Origin: Balanoglossus misakiensis
Taxonomy: Eukaryota; Animalia; Hemichordata
Direction of reading: 5' to 3'
DNA length: 64,000 nt
NCBI GenBank assembly: GCA_040954595.2
Contig: JBECUI020000029.1
Span: forward strand, 248,001-312,000
Of this stretch, positions 23,501 through 36,126 are shown one piece after another. Positions within the stretch are counted from its first letter, which is position 1. The number at the start of each line of letters is the position of its first letter. The notes below the pieces were generated by a model. It made no database searches. It had not been told where the DNA came from and saw only the letters and a list, made by a program, of their open reading frames with translations. Both the position numbers and the translations under genes were made by a program.

Positions 23501-26500
23501 ATCTATTCTAGCCAAAGAGCTTGGCACCTGTTGAAATGAACTCATCTGCTGTGGGCCAGTTTATTGGTGGCAGTTGAGCTGAGGAGAGCACCTTCTTTCC
23601 CGGCACGCCACCAAGTAAAGTTCCACGCCGCCCACCACAGATGCCAGCATTCATTCATGCGAGTGAGTGTAATTGCAAATTTGCCTATTTACGTGCCATT
23701 GGAGAGCTCCATTGACTGGTCATTCATACTGTTTTCATTCATTCATTGCGGCATCAATATATTTTATCTATTCTAGCCAAAGAGCTTGGCACCTGTTGAA
23801 ATGAACTCATCTGCTGTGGGCCAGTTTATTGGTGGCAGTTGAGCTGAGGAGAGCACCTTCCTTCCCGGCACGCCACCAAGTAAAGTTCCACGCCGCCCAC
23901 CACAGATGCCAGCATTCATTCATGCGAGTGAGTGTAATTGCAAATTTGCCTATTCTAGATCTGTAATGGAAATGGAGAAAGTACCTTATATTTTCTGTAA
24001 AATAGACATTTAATTGGCAAGCCGTCCTGCATCAATTATTAATTGTGTACATGCACTAAAGCGCCCTCACTGCTGGGTGTGTTGTATGGTCTTTAACCCT
24101 GTTTCAAATTAGAGTACTTTCTGCAATTTCAAGACAGATCTTACGTGCCATTGGAGAGCTCCATTGACTGGTCATTCATACTGTTTTCATTCATTCATTG
24201 CGGCATCAATATATTTTATCTATTCTAGCCAAAGAGCTTGGCACCTGTTGAAATGAACTCATCTGCTGTGGGCCAGTTTATTGGTGGCAGTTGAGCTGAG
24301 GAGAGCACCTTCCTTCCCGGCACGCCACCAAGTAAAGTTCCACGCCGCCCACCACAGATGCCAGCATTCATTCATGCGAGTGAGTGTAATTGCAAATTTG
24401 CCTATTCTAGAATTCTTACGTGCCATTGGAGAGCTCCATTGACTGGTCATTCATACTGTTTTCATTCATTCATTGCGGCATCAATATATTTTATCTATTC
24501 TAGCCAAAGAGCTTGGCACCTGTTGAAATGAACTCATCTGCTGTGGGCCAGTTTATTGGTGGCAGTTGAGCTGAGGAGAGCACCTTCCTTCCCGGCACGC
24601 CACCAAGTAAAGTTCCACGCCGCCCACCACAGATGCCAGCATTCATTCATGCGAGTGAGTGTAATTGCAAATTTGCCTATTCTAGATCTGTAATGGAAAT
24701 GGAGAAAGTACCTTATATTTTCTGTAAAATAGACATTTAATTGGCAAGCCGTCCTGCATCAATTATTAATTGTGTACATGCACTAAAGCGCCCTCACTGC
24801 TGGGTGTGTTGTATGGTCTTTAACCCTGTTTCAAATTAGAGTACTTTCTGCAATTTCAAGACAGATCTTACGTGCCATTGGAGAGCTCCATTGACTGGTC
24901 ATTCATACTGTTTTCATTCATTCATTGCGGCATCAATATATTTTATCTATTCTAGCCAAAGAGCTTGGCACCTGTTGAAATGAACTCATCTGCTGTGGGC
25001 CAGTTTATTGGTGGCAGTTGAGCTGAGGAGAGCACCTTCTTTCCCGGCACGCCACCAAGTAAAGTTCCACGCCGCCCACCACAGATGCCAGCATTCATTC
25101 ATGCGAGTGAGTGTAATTGCAAATTTGCCTATTCTAGAATCTTACGTGCCATTGGAGAGCTCCATTGACTGGTCATTCATACTGTTTTCATTCATTCATT
25201 GCGGCATCAATATATTTTATCTATTCTAGCCAAAGAGCTTGGCACCTGTTGAAATGAACTCATCTGCTGTGGGCCAGTTTATTGGTGGCAGTTGAGCTGA
25301 GGAGAGCACCTTCTTTCCCGGCACGCCACCAAGTAAAGTTCCACGCCGCCCACCACAGATGCCAGCATTCATTCATGCGAGTGAGTGTAATTGCAAATTT
25401 GCCTATTTACGTGCCATTGGAGAGCTCCATTGACTGGTCATTCATACTGTTTTCATTCATTCATTGCGGCATCAATATATTTTATCTATTCTAGCCAAAG
25501 AGCTTGGCACCTGTTGAAATGAACTCATCTGCTGTGGGCCAGTTTATTGGTGGCAGTTGAGCTGAGGAGAGCACCTTCCTTCCCGGCACGCCACCAAGTA
25601 AAGTTCCACGCCGCCCACCACAGATGCCAGCATTCATTCATGCGAGTGAGTGTAATTGCAAATTTGCCTATTCTAGATCTGTAATGGAAATGGAGAAAGT
25701 ACCTTATATTTTCTGTAAAATAGACATTTAATTGGCAAGCCGTCCTGCATCAATTATTAATTGTGTACATGCACTAAAGCGCCCTCACTGCTGGGTGTGT
25801 TGTATGGTCTTTAACCCTGTTTCAAATTAGAGTACTTTCTGCAATTTCAAGACAGATCTTACGTGCCATTGGAGAGCTCCATTGACTGGTCATTCATACT
25901 GTTTTCATTCATTCATTGCGGCATCAATATATTTTATCTATTCTAGCCAAAGAGCTTGGCACCTGTTGAAATGAACTCATCTGCTGTGGGCCAGTTTATT
26001 GGTGGCAGTTGAGCTGAGGAGAGCACCTTCTTTCCCGGCACGCCACCAAGTAAAGTTCCACGCCGCCCACCACAGATGCCAGCATTCATTCATGCGAGTG
26101 AGTGTAATTGCAAATTTGCCTATTCTAGAATCTTACGTGCCATTGGAGAGCTCCATTGACTGGTCATTCATACTGTTTTCATTCATTCATTGCGGCATCA
26201 ATATATTTTATCTATTCTAGCCAAAGAGCTTGGCACCTGTTGAAATGAACTCATCTGCTGTGGGCCAGTTTATTGGTGGCAGTTGAGCTGAGGAGAGCAC
26301 CTTCTTTCCCGGCACGCCACCAAGTAAAGTTCCACGCCGCCCACCACAGATGCCAGCATTCATTCATGCGAGTGAGTGTAATTGCAAATTTGCCTATTCT
26401 AGAATCTTACGTGCCATTGGAGAGCTCCATTGACTGGTCATTCATACTGTTTTCATTCATTCATTGCGGCATCAATATATTTTATCTATTCTAGCCAAAG

Positions 26501-29500
26501 AGCTTGGCACCTGTTGAAATGAACTCATCTGCTGTGGGCCAGTTTATTGGTGGCAGTTGAGCTGAGGAGAGCACCTTCCTTCCCGGCACGCCACCAAGTA
26601 AAGTTCCACGCCGCCCACCACAGATGCCAGCATTCATTCATGCGAGTGAGTGTAATTGCAAATTTGCCTATTCTAGAATCTTACGTGCCATTGGAGAGCT
26701 CCATTGACTGGTCATTCATACTGTTTTCATTCATTCATTGCGGCATCAATATATTTTATCTATTCTAGCCAAAGAGCTTGGCACCTGTTGAAATGAACTC
26801 ATCTGCTGTGGGCCAGTTTATTGGTGGCAGTTGAGCTGAGGAGAGCACCTTCCTTCCCGGCACGCCACCAAGTAAAGTTCCACGCCGCCCACCACAGATG
26901 CCAGCATTCATTCATGCGAGTGAGTGTAATTGCAAATTTGCCTATTCTAGAATCTTACGTGCCATTGGAGAGCTCCATTGACTGGTCATTCATACTGTTT
27001 TCATTCATTCATTGCGGCATCAATATATTTTATCTATTCTAGCCGAAGAGCTTGGCACCTGTTGAAATGAACTCATCTGCTGTGGGCCAGTTTATTGGTG
27101 GCAGTTGAGCTGAGGAGAGCACCTTCCTTCCCGGCACGCCACCAAGTAAAGTTCCACGCCGCCCACCACAGATGCCAGCATTCATTCATGCGAGTGAGTG
27201 TAATTGCAAATTTGCCTATTCTAGATCTGTAATGGAAATGGAGAAAGTACCTTATATTTTCTGTAAAATAGACATTTAATTGGCAAGCCGTCCTGCATCA
27301 ATTATTAATTGTGTACATGCACTAAAGCGCCCTCACTGCTGGGTGTGTTGTATGGTCTTTAACCCTGTTTCAAATTAGAGTACTTTCTGCAATTTCAAGA
27401 CAGATCTTACGTGCCATTGGAGAGCTCCATTGACTGGTCATTCATACTGTTTTCATTCATTCATTGCGGCATCAATATATTTTATCTATTCTAGCCAAAG
27501 AGCTTGGCACCTGTTGAAATGAACTCATCTGCTGTGGGCCAGTTTATTGGTGGCAGTTGAGCTGAGGAGAGCACCTTCCTTCCCGGCACGCCACCAAGTA
27601 AAGTTCCACGCCGCCCACCACAGATGCCAGCATTCATTCATGCGAGTGAGTGTAATTGCAAATTTGCCTATTCTAGATTCTTACGTGCCATTGGAGAGCT
27701 CCATTGACTGGTCATTCATACTGTTTTCATTCATTCATTGCGGCATCAATATATTTTATCTATTCTAGCCAAAGAGCTTGGCACCTGTTGAAATGAACTC
27801 ATCTGCTGTGGGCCAGTTTATTGGTGGCAGTTGAGCTGAGGAGAGCACCTTCCTTCCCGGCACGCCACCAAGTAAAGTTCCACGCCGCCCACCACAGATG
27901 CCAGCATTCATTCATGCGAGTGAGTGTAATTGCAAATTTGCCTATTCTAGAATCTTACGTGCCATTGGAGAGCTCCATTGACTGGTCATTCATACTGTTT
28001 TCATTCATTCATTGCGGCATCAATATATTTTATCTATTCTAGCCAAAGAGCTTGGCACCTGTTGAAATGAACTCATCTGCTGTGGGCCAGTTTATTGGTG
28101 GCAGTTGAGCTGAGGAGAGCACCTTCCTTCCCGGCACGCCACCAAGTAAAGTTCCACGCCGCCCACCACAGATGCCAGCATTCATTCATGCGAGTGAGTG
28201 TAATTGCAAATTTGCCTATTCTAGATCTGTAATGGAAATGGAGAAAGTACCTTATATTTTCTGTAAAATAGACATTTAATTGGCAAGCCGTCCTGCATCA
28301 ATTATTAATTGTGTACATGCACTAAAGCGCCCTCACTGCTGGGTGTGTTGTATGGTCTTTAACCCTGTTTCAAATTAGAGTACTTTCTGCAATTTCAAGA
28401 CAGATCTTACGTGCCATTGGAGAGCTCCATTGACTGGTCATTCATACTGTTTTCATTCATTCATTGCGGCATCAATATATTTTATCTATTCTAGCCAAAG
28501 AGCTTGGCACCTGTTGAAATGAACTCATCTGCTGTGGGCCAGTTTATTGGTGGCAGTTGAGCTGAGGAGAGCACCTTCCTTCCCGGCACGCCACCAAGTA
28601 AAGTTCCACGCCGCCCACCACAGATGCCAGCATTCATTCATGCGAGTGAGTGTAATTGCAAATTTGCCTATTCTAGATCTGTAATGGAAATGGAGAAAGT
28701 ACCTTATATTTTCTGTAAAATAGACATTTAATTGGCAAGCCGTCCTGCATCAATTATTAATTGTGTACATGCACTAAAGCGCCCTCACTGCTGGGTGTGT
28801 TGTATGGTCTTTAACCCTGTTTCAAATTAGAGTACTTTCTGCAATTTCAAGACAGATCTTACGTGCCATTGGAGAGCTCCATTGACTGGTCATTCATACT
28901 GTTTTCATTCATTCATTGCGGCATCAATATATTTTATCTATTCTAGCCAAAGAGCTTGGCACCTGTTGAAATGAACTCATCTGCTGTGGGCCAGTTTATT
29001 GGTGGCAGTTGAGCTGAGGAGAGCACCTTCCTTCCCGGCACGCCACCAAGTAAAGTTCCACGCCGCCCACCACAGATGCCAGCATTCATTCATGCGAGTG
29101 AGTGTAATTGCAAATTTGCCTATTCTAGATCTGTAATGGAAATGGAGAAAGTACCTTATATTTTCTGTAAAATAGACATTTAATTGGCAAGCCGTCCTGC
29201 ATCAATTATTAATTGTGTACATGCACTAAAGCGCCCTCACTGCTGGGTGTGTTGTATGGTCTTTAACCCTGTTTCAAATTAGAGTACTTTCTGCAATTTC
29301 AAGACAGATCTTACGTGCCATTGGAGAGCTCCATTGACTGGTCATTCATACTGTTTTCATTCATTCATTGCGGCATCAATATATTTTATCTATTCTAGCC
29401 AAAGAGCTTGGCACCTGTTGAAATGAACTCATCTGCTGTGGGCCAGTTTATTGGTGGCAGTTGAGCTGAGGAGAGCACCTTCCTTCCCGGCACGCCACCA

Positions 29501-31648
29501 AGTAAAGTTCCACGCCGCCCACCACAGATGCCAGCATTCATTCATGCGAGTGAGTGTAATTGCAAATTTGCCTATTCTAGATCTGTAATGGAAATGGAGA
29601 AAGTACCTTATATTTTCTGTAAAATAGACATTTAATTGGCAAGCCGTCCTGCATCAATTATGAATTGTGTACATGCACTAAAGCGCCCTCACTGCTGGGT
29701 GTGTTGTATGGTCTTTAACCCTGTTTCAAATTAGAGTACTTTCTGCAATTTCAAGACAGATCTTACGTGCCATTGGAGAGCTCCATTGACTGGTCATTCA
29801 TACTGTTTTCATTCATTCATTGCGGCATCAATATATTTTATCTATTCTAGCCAAAGAGCTTGGCACCTGTTGAAATGAACTCATCTGCTGTGGGCCAGTT
29901 TATTGGTGGCAGTTGAGCTGAGAAGAGCACCTTCCTTCCCGGCACGCCACCAAGTAAAGTTCCACGCCGCCCACCACAGATGCCAGCATTCATTCATGCG
30001 AGTGAGTGTAATTGCAAATTTGCCTATTCTAGATCTGTAATGGAAATGGAGAAAGTACCTTATATTTTCTGTAAAATAGACATTTAATTGGCAAGCCGTC
30101 CTGCATCAATTATGAATTGTGTACATGCACTAAAGCGCCCTCACTGCTGGGTGTGTTGTATGGTCTTTAACCCTGTTTCAAATTAGAGTACTTTCTGCAA
30201 TTTCAAGACAGATCTTACGTGCCATTGGAGAGCTCCATTGACTGGTCATTCATACTGTTTTCATTCATTCATTGCGGCATCAATATATTTTATCTATTCT
30301 AGCCAAAGAATTCATTCATTGCGGCCTCAATATATTTTATCTATTTCTAGCCAAAGAGCTTGGCACCTGTTGAAAATGAACTCACTCGTGGCCGTTATGG
30401 TGCAGTGAGCGGCAGAGCACCTTCCTTCCCAGCACGCCACCAAGTAAAGTTCCACCCGCCCACACAGATGCAGCCATCTTCTTTCTGATCTGTAAGAATG
30501 GAGAAAGTACCTTATATTTTCTGTAAAATAGACATTTAATTGGCAAGCCGTCCTGCATCAATTATGAATTGTGTACATGCACTAAAGCGCCCTCACTGCT
30601 GGGTGTGTTGTATGGTCTTTAACCCTGTTTCAAATTAGAGTACTTTCTGCAATTTCAAGACAGATCTTACGTGCCATTGGAGAGCTCCATTGACTGGTCA
30701 TTCATACTGTTTTCATTCATTCATTGCGGCATCAATATATTTTATCTATTCTAGCCAAAGAGCTTGGCACCTGTTGAAATGAACTCATCTGCTGTGGGCC
30801 AGTTTATTGGTGGCAGTTGAGCTGAGAAGAGCACCTTCCTTCCCGGCACGCCACCAAGTAAAGTTCCACGCCGCCCACCACAGATGCCAGCATTCATTCA
30901 TGCGAGTGAGTGTAATTGCAAATTTGCCTATTCTAGATCTGTAATGGAAATGGAGAAAGTACCTTATATTTTCTGTAAAATAGACATTTAATTGGCAAGC
31001 CGTCCTGCATCAATTATGAATTGTGTACATGCACTAAAGCGCCCTCACTGCTGGGTGTGTTGTATGGTCTTTAACCCTGTTTCAAATTAGAGTACTTTCT
31101 GCAATTTCAAGACAGATCTTACGTGCCATTGGAGAGCTCCATTGACTGGTCATTCATACTGTTTTCATTCATTCATTGCGGCATCAATATATTTTATCTA
31201 TTCTAGCCAAAGAGCTTGGCACCTGTTGAAATGAACTCATCTGCTGTGGGCCAGTTTATTGGTGGCAGTTGAGCTGAGGAGAGCACCTTCCTTCCCGGCA
31301 CGCCACCAAGTAAAGTTCCACGCCGCCCACCACAGATGCCAGCATTCATTCATGCGAGTGAGTGTAATTGCAAATTTGCCTATTCTAGATCTGTAATGGA
31401 AATGGAGAAAGTACCTTATATTTTCTGTAAAATAGACATTTAATTGGCAAGCCGTCCTGCATCAATTATTAATTGTGTACATGCACTAAAGCGCCCTCAC
31501 TGCTGGGTGTGTTGTATGGTCTTTAACCCTGTTTCAAATTAGAGTACTTTCTGCAATTTCAAGACAGATCTTACGTGCCATTGGAGAGCTCCATTGACTG
31601 GTCATTCATACTGTTTTCATTCATTCATTGCGGCATCAATATATTTTA

Positions 31649-32072
31649 CAGCCGAAATTATGAAAGGTCGCCGATTCAATATGTGATCTAGACGTCCTGT
31701 GTGCACTGAACACACGATGTGTTTATCTAACACAAACAACAGAACCTCTCATAAAAGAGATGCGGTATCATTAGACTAATTACAGATGGTAGTCTGGAAA
31801 CACGCTCCCCCTCAGAGAGAGTTGTTTACTTGGGTACGATGTCAAAGTTTAATCTCAAAGTGTATACGCTTTATGTTGAGAGTGTACCCAAGTAAACAAC
31901 TCTCTCTGAGGGGGAGCGTGTTTCCAGACTACCATCTGTAATTAGTCTAATGATACCGCATCTCTTTTATGAGAGGTTCTGTTGTTTGTGTTAGATAAAC
32001 ACATCGTGTGTTCAGTGCACACAGGACGTCTAGATCACATATTGAATCGGCGACCTTTCATAATTTCGGCTG
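31649..32072. mobile_element. 424-bp foldback MITE, Tc1/mariner-type (TA TSD, CAG..CTG termini)
   Basis: 189-bp inverted arms (31649-31837 and 31884-32072) with a 46-bp loop. Inserted at the TA of monomer sequence atatttTAtctatt, with TA duplicated. Confidence 0.9.
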
Positions 32073-32587
32073 TATCTATTCTAGCCAAAGAGCTTGGCAC
32101 CTGTTGAAATGAACTCATCTGCTGTGGGCCAGTTTATTGGTGGCAGTTGAGCTGAGGAGAGCACCTTCCTTCCCGGCACGCCACCAAGTACAGTTCCACG
32201 TGCATTCCTGGCCCTGGTTTTATTTATGTTTACAGACAATATTGCATTTTTGTACAAGTATTTTAATCAACTATAAATTTTGAATGTGTCATTTACCTGA
32301 ACCGGTCATGTTGACCAGAATGATACATTTCTGCCTTCACTCACCCTATAAATATGTGATTGAGACATAGGTCATTTGCATAAGCTAACATACCAGAAAG
32401 TAAGCATATCTGTTGTTTTCCCTGTGTCACTGCCATCAAAGTAAAAATTAGACGTTGTGTAGAGCAAACTCCAATTTTTTGTTCTCAATAAACATGGATG
32501 AATTACATAGAATGTGTTTGTTGTTTACAGTCTTTAAATGACACATTAGATTATGCACTTTACAAAACGTTTCTGAGAAACAAGTGA

Positions 32588-33082
32588 CTAACTAGTTTCT
32601 TTCCACTGTGGCCAACGTGGTTCACTGTTTGTGTCAGAATCTCTCTGTTTTGCAAGGATTTTGAAATCATAGTGGTGACATGCATAGTGAAAATCAGCTA
32701 CTTTCAAATGTCCGTCATGTTCATGCTGTAATTGAATTTTCAAAGCTGGGCTGGCGTGTTTTTTCTTATTTACATAAGTATCACACTTTATACATGTATC
32801 TTCATGGGGTTTTTTGAGTCCCGTATTTAGGTCCTCTCTCACAATTTTACGAAATATCGTATAACTGACAGTTGTTCTTCCCAGAAGAGATTGGTTGGTT
32901 ATGAACTCTCGGTGTAACTGCGATATACTGTGGGCCGGCGCCAGGTACGGTTTAAATCGAGGATTCCTGCAGTAGTGAGATTCTACAATTCTGTGCCTGC
33001 GTACGTGTTCAGTGATATCAGTCAGCAAATTTGGATTGAGTTTCCGACGATGCCCTTTGTGTCGGCCCCTTGCATCTGGCAT
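32588..33082 (-). pseudogene. Truncated duplicate of transposase N-half (copy 2)
   Basis: Same protein as 184-678. Confidence 0.85.
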
Positions 33083-33489
33083 CAGACCAGTAAAGTTCCA
33101 TGTGCATTCCTGGCCCTGGTTTTATTTATGTTTACAGACAATATTGCATTTTTGTACAAGTATTTTAATCAACTATAAATTTTGAATGTGTCATTTACCT
33201 GAACCGGTCATGTTGACCAGAATGATACATTTCTGCCTTCACTCACCCTATAAATATGTGATTGAGACATAGGTCATTTGCATAAGCTAACATACCAGAA
33301 AGTAAGCATATCTGATGTTTTCCCTGTGTCACTGCCATCAAAGTAAAAATTAGACGTTGTGTAGAGCAAACTCCAATTTTTTGTTCTCAATAAACATGGA
33401 TGAATTACATAGAATGTGTTTGTTGTTTACAGTCTTTAAATGACACATTAGATTATGCACTTTACAAAACGTTTCTGAGAAACAAGTGA

Positions 33490-34446
33490 CTAACTAGTTT
33501 CTTTCCACTGTGGCCAACGTGGTTCACTGTTTGTGTCAGAATCTCTCTGTTTTGCAAGGATTTTGAAATCATAGTGGTGACATGCATAGTGAAAATCAGC
33601 TACTTTCAAATGTCCGTCATGTTCATGCTGTAATTGAATTTTCAAAGCTGGGCTGGCGTGTTTTTTCTTATTTACATAAGTATCACACTTTATACATGTA
33701 TCTTCATGGGGTTTTCTGAGTCCCGTATTTAGGTCCTCTCTCACAATTTTACGAAATATCGTATAACTGACAGTTGTTCTTCCCAGAAGAGATTGGTTGG
33801 TTATGAACTCTCGGTGTAACTGCGATATACTGTGGTCCGGCGCCAGGTACGGTTTAAATCGAGGATTCCTGCAGTAGTGAGATTCTACAATTCTGTGCCT
33901 GCGTACGTGTTCAGTGATATCAGTCAGCAAATTTGGATTGAGTTTCCGACGATGCCCTTTGTGTCGGCCCCTTGCATCTGGCATCAGACCAGTTGAACAG
34001 TGCATCATTTTGCTTAGAACGGTTCTAGTCCGCCTCTCACTAATGCCAAATAATTTCAGGAATGCATTTTTGCAGACAGTAACCGTTTCACCGCCTTCAT
34101 TCACCAGGTGATAACGAACCGATTTCTTGTGTGACTTCATCTGCATATCCATCAGTTTGTAGAGCATCAAGTTCTGTTCATTATACACGCGACCATCAAA
34201 ATATTTTCTCGTGGTGCCTAAAACATGCGTACTCCCAAGCTTCCGCAGACAATTCCCTTGAACGCAGGCGCATTCCAAGGAAAGACTGTCAATATCTGGA
34301 AAAGGGCGATTTTTCCTTGGTTTTTGTCTCGGACACGTCTTTTTAGAATTCCTACGTGGCTTGTTGGCTCGAGCTGACAGTTCGGTTCTGCGTTGCTGCC
34401 ACACAGGAATGGGTTCCCACGCATAAGCAACTCCCCGGCAGGCCAT
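33490..34446 (-). CDS. Sola1-like transposase N-half (copy 2)
   Basis: Same as 1086-2042 except one M>L change. Confidence 0.75.
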   Translation of the reverse strand: MACRGVAYAWEPIPVWQQRRTELSARANKPRRNSKKTCPRQKPRKNRPFPDIDSLSLECACVQGNCLRKLGSTHVLGTTRKYFDGRVYNEQNLMLYKLMDMQMKSHKKSVRYHLVNEGGETVTVCKNAFLKLFGISERRTRTVLSKMMHCSTGLMPDARGRHKGHRRKLNPNLLTDITEHVRRHRIVESHYCRNPRFKPYLAPDHSISQLHREFITNQSLLGRTTVSYTIFRKIVREDLNTGLRKPHEDTCIKCDTYVNKKKHASPALKIQLQHEHDGHLKVADFHYACHHYDFKILAKQRDSDTNSEPRWPQWKETS

Positions 34447-34493
34447 GGTCACAGCTGAAGTATTTGTTCAAGTACTGACTGACTAAACGCGGC

Positions 34494-35627
34494 ATGGAAC
34501 AAACGAACGAACGACTTCACGTTCGGAAAAAAAATCGTTGCGAGCTGTTGGGTGCATGCCTCTATAGTTGTCGGCAACCGTTCTTTTTTATTGCTAAACA
34601 ATGCTGTCAGAGCATGGAAGGTGTGGTGGAAAACGAACAGAGGTTTTGTACGACCAACGATTGGATGGTGCTACATATGGACTTCCACAAGTCATTGCCG
34701 GTTCCTAAACTCAGCTCTGAAGACTTTTACTTTAAATCGAAATTGCAAATGAAGCTCCTTGGAATTTACAACGGGACAACGGAAAAGATGCATTGTTATG
34801 TATGGACAGAGCTCGATAGCAGAAAGTCTCCCGATGAAGTTATTACCTGTCTAAATCACTTTTTTTATAACTCGGGTGTGACCAGCAGACATGCAGTTAT
34901 TTACAGCGACAACTGCCGTGCCGAATTCAAGTGTGGGAAGTTAATGTTTTACTATGACTATCTGTTACGAAAGGGCGTGTTTCGACGAATTGACTATAAA
35001 ACTCTTGTGGCTGGACACACGTACTCCACCTGTGACCGAGTTTTTGCGTCCATTGAAAGGCATGCAAGTCGTTTCCAGAGTATAGAGACACCTCACGATT
35101 GGACATCTGTGATTCGAGGATCTTCTCTGAATGGGAACATTGGAGTTACGGAGATGACTCACAGAGACTTTTTCAATTATTCTGATTTCCTGAAAAATGA
35201 GTACGTTGTGCGTTATGCAGATACAAACAATGTAACTTTTTACTACCAAGCCATGCACTATTTTAATTTTGGAGAAGGAGAAAGGCTTGATACCGACGGC
35301 AACCTCAGAACATTTAGTCATGCAGATAAAGTTTGGGTGAGAACATCTCTAGATCCAAGCGAGACCCCGATTGTAGTCGACTTTAGAAAGAAGAAGCAGA
35401 ACCGGCGTTTACAAGATTGTACGCTGAACAAACTTTATCAGGAACGTCGACCACTGGCGAGCAAAGTTTGGCGGGATCTTCAGAGTTTAGCCAAAAATTA
35501 CCTGTCTCCGGAGGCAATAGAATTTTATAGGAATCTACCGCTTCAGGAGAGTAGTGGCACCTCTGCAGACCCGTACGCCTTTCATGATGATGACGACGAC
35601 GATGATGATGATATGGGCGGTGGTTGA
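34494..35627 (+). CDS. Sola1-like transposase catalytic half (copy 2)
   Basis: Same protein as 2090-3223. Confidence 0.8.
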   Translation: MEQTNERLHVRKKNRCELLGACLYSCRQPFFFIAKQCCQSMEGVVENEQRFCTTNDWMVLHMDFHKSLPVPKLSSEDFYFKSKLQMKLLGIYNGTTEKMHCYVWTELDSRKSPDEVITCLNHFFYNSGVTSRHAVIYSDNCRAEFKCGKLMFYYDYLLRKGVFRRIDYKTLVAGHTYSTCDRVFASIERHASRFQSIETPHDWTSVIRGSSLNGNIGVTEMTHRDFFNYSDFLKNEYVVRYADTNNVTFYYQAMHYFNFGEGERLDTDGNLRTFSHADKVWVRTSLDPSETPIVVDFRKKKQNRRLQDCTLNKLYQERRPLASKVWRDLQSLAKNYLSPEAIEFYRNLPLQESSGTSADPYAFHDDDDDDDDDMGGG

Positions 35628-36126
35628 ATAAACTGTCCTTTTCATGACGACAGTGATTTTGGATATTTGATGTGCGTGCACAGTTTATATGTAATATTTT
35701 CACACGAACGAGTTTTGACTGAATTTGATTAAAGAATGTACTCGATAATTAACAAATGTGCTGAATCGTGGTTATTATGTTGTTAATTTTTGTTTGTTTG
35801 TTTGTTTGTTTGTTTGTTTGTTTGTTTGTAAACAATTTCCGTTCATTCAACTGGCTACAAAGTTGGATTTTTGTACTGGGAAGCGATAAACTCGCACATC
35901 AAAACCGGGGAGACTCGATCATTTTTCCCTGCAGGTAGCCTGAAAAGCACCCGGGCAGAGATTACGTCATATATGGTCCACTTTAATACGAAATTATGCA
36001 AATGTGACATTTCACGGAAACGGCGTATATAAAAGCGACCCTGGGCTATTGTTCGGAATGCGTCATCGACGAGAGAGTGACTGATAATTCTTCTACCTCG
36101 AGTCAACCATTCTGTATATACTGAAC

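Larger units (their letters stand above)
7950..32200 (+). repeat. Satellite array 1: about 64 monomers of 452, 275, 274 and 265 bp with higher-order structure
   Basis: Direct periodicity; ORF-track spacings of 274, 265+452 and 274+452; 6526-bp block repeat. Confidence 0.97.

Noticed and set aside
30300-30500. One heavily degenerate monomer with many 1-3-bp deletions
   Set aside because: The pattern is typical of a low-quality long-read consensus. The equivalent monomer in array 2 (~50830-51010, same gagcagagc variant) is clean, so this is probably an artefact.
31649-32072. Palindrome as the fused right and left TIRs of the large tandem element
   Set aside because: It interrupts a monomer with a clean TA duplication and its arms face inward like an independent MITE.
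7950-32200. CRISPR-like repeat-spacer interpretation of the array
   Set aside because: There are no unique spacers and no cas genes, monomers are hundreds of bp, and the context is eukaryotic with spliceosomal introns.
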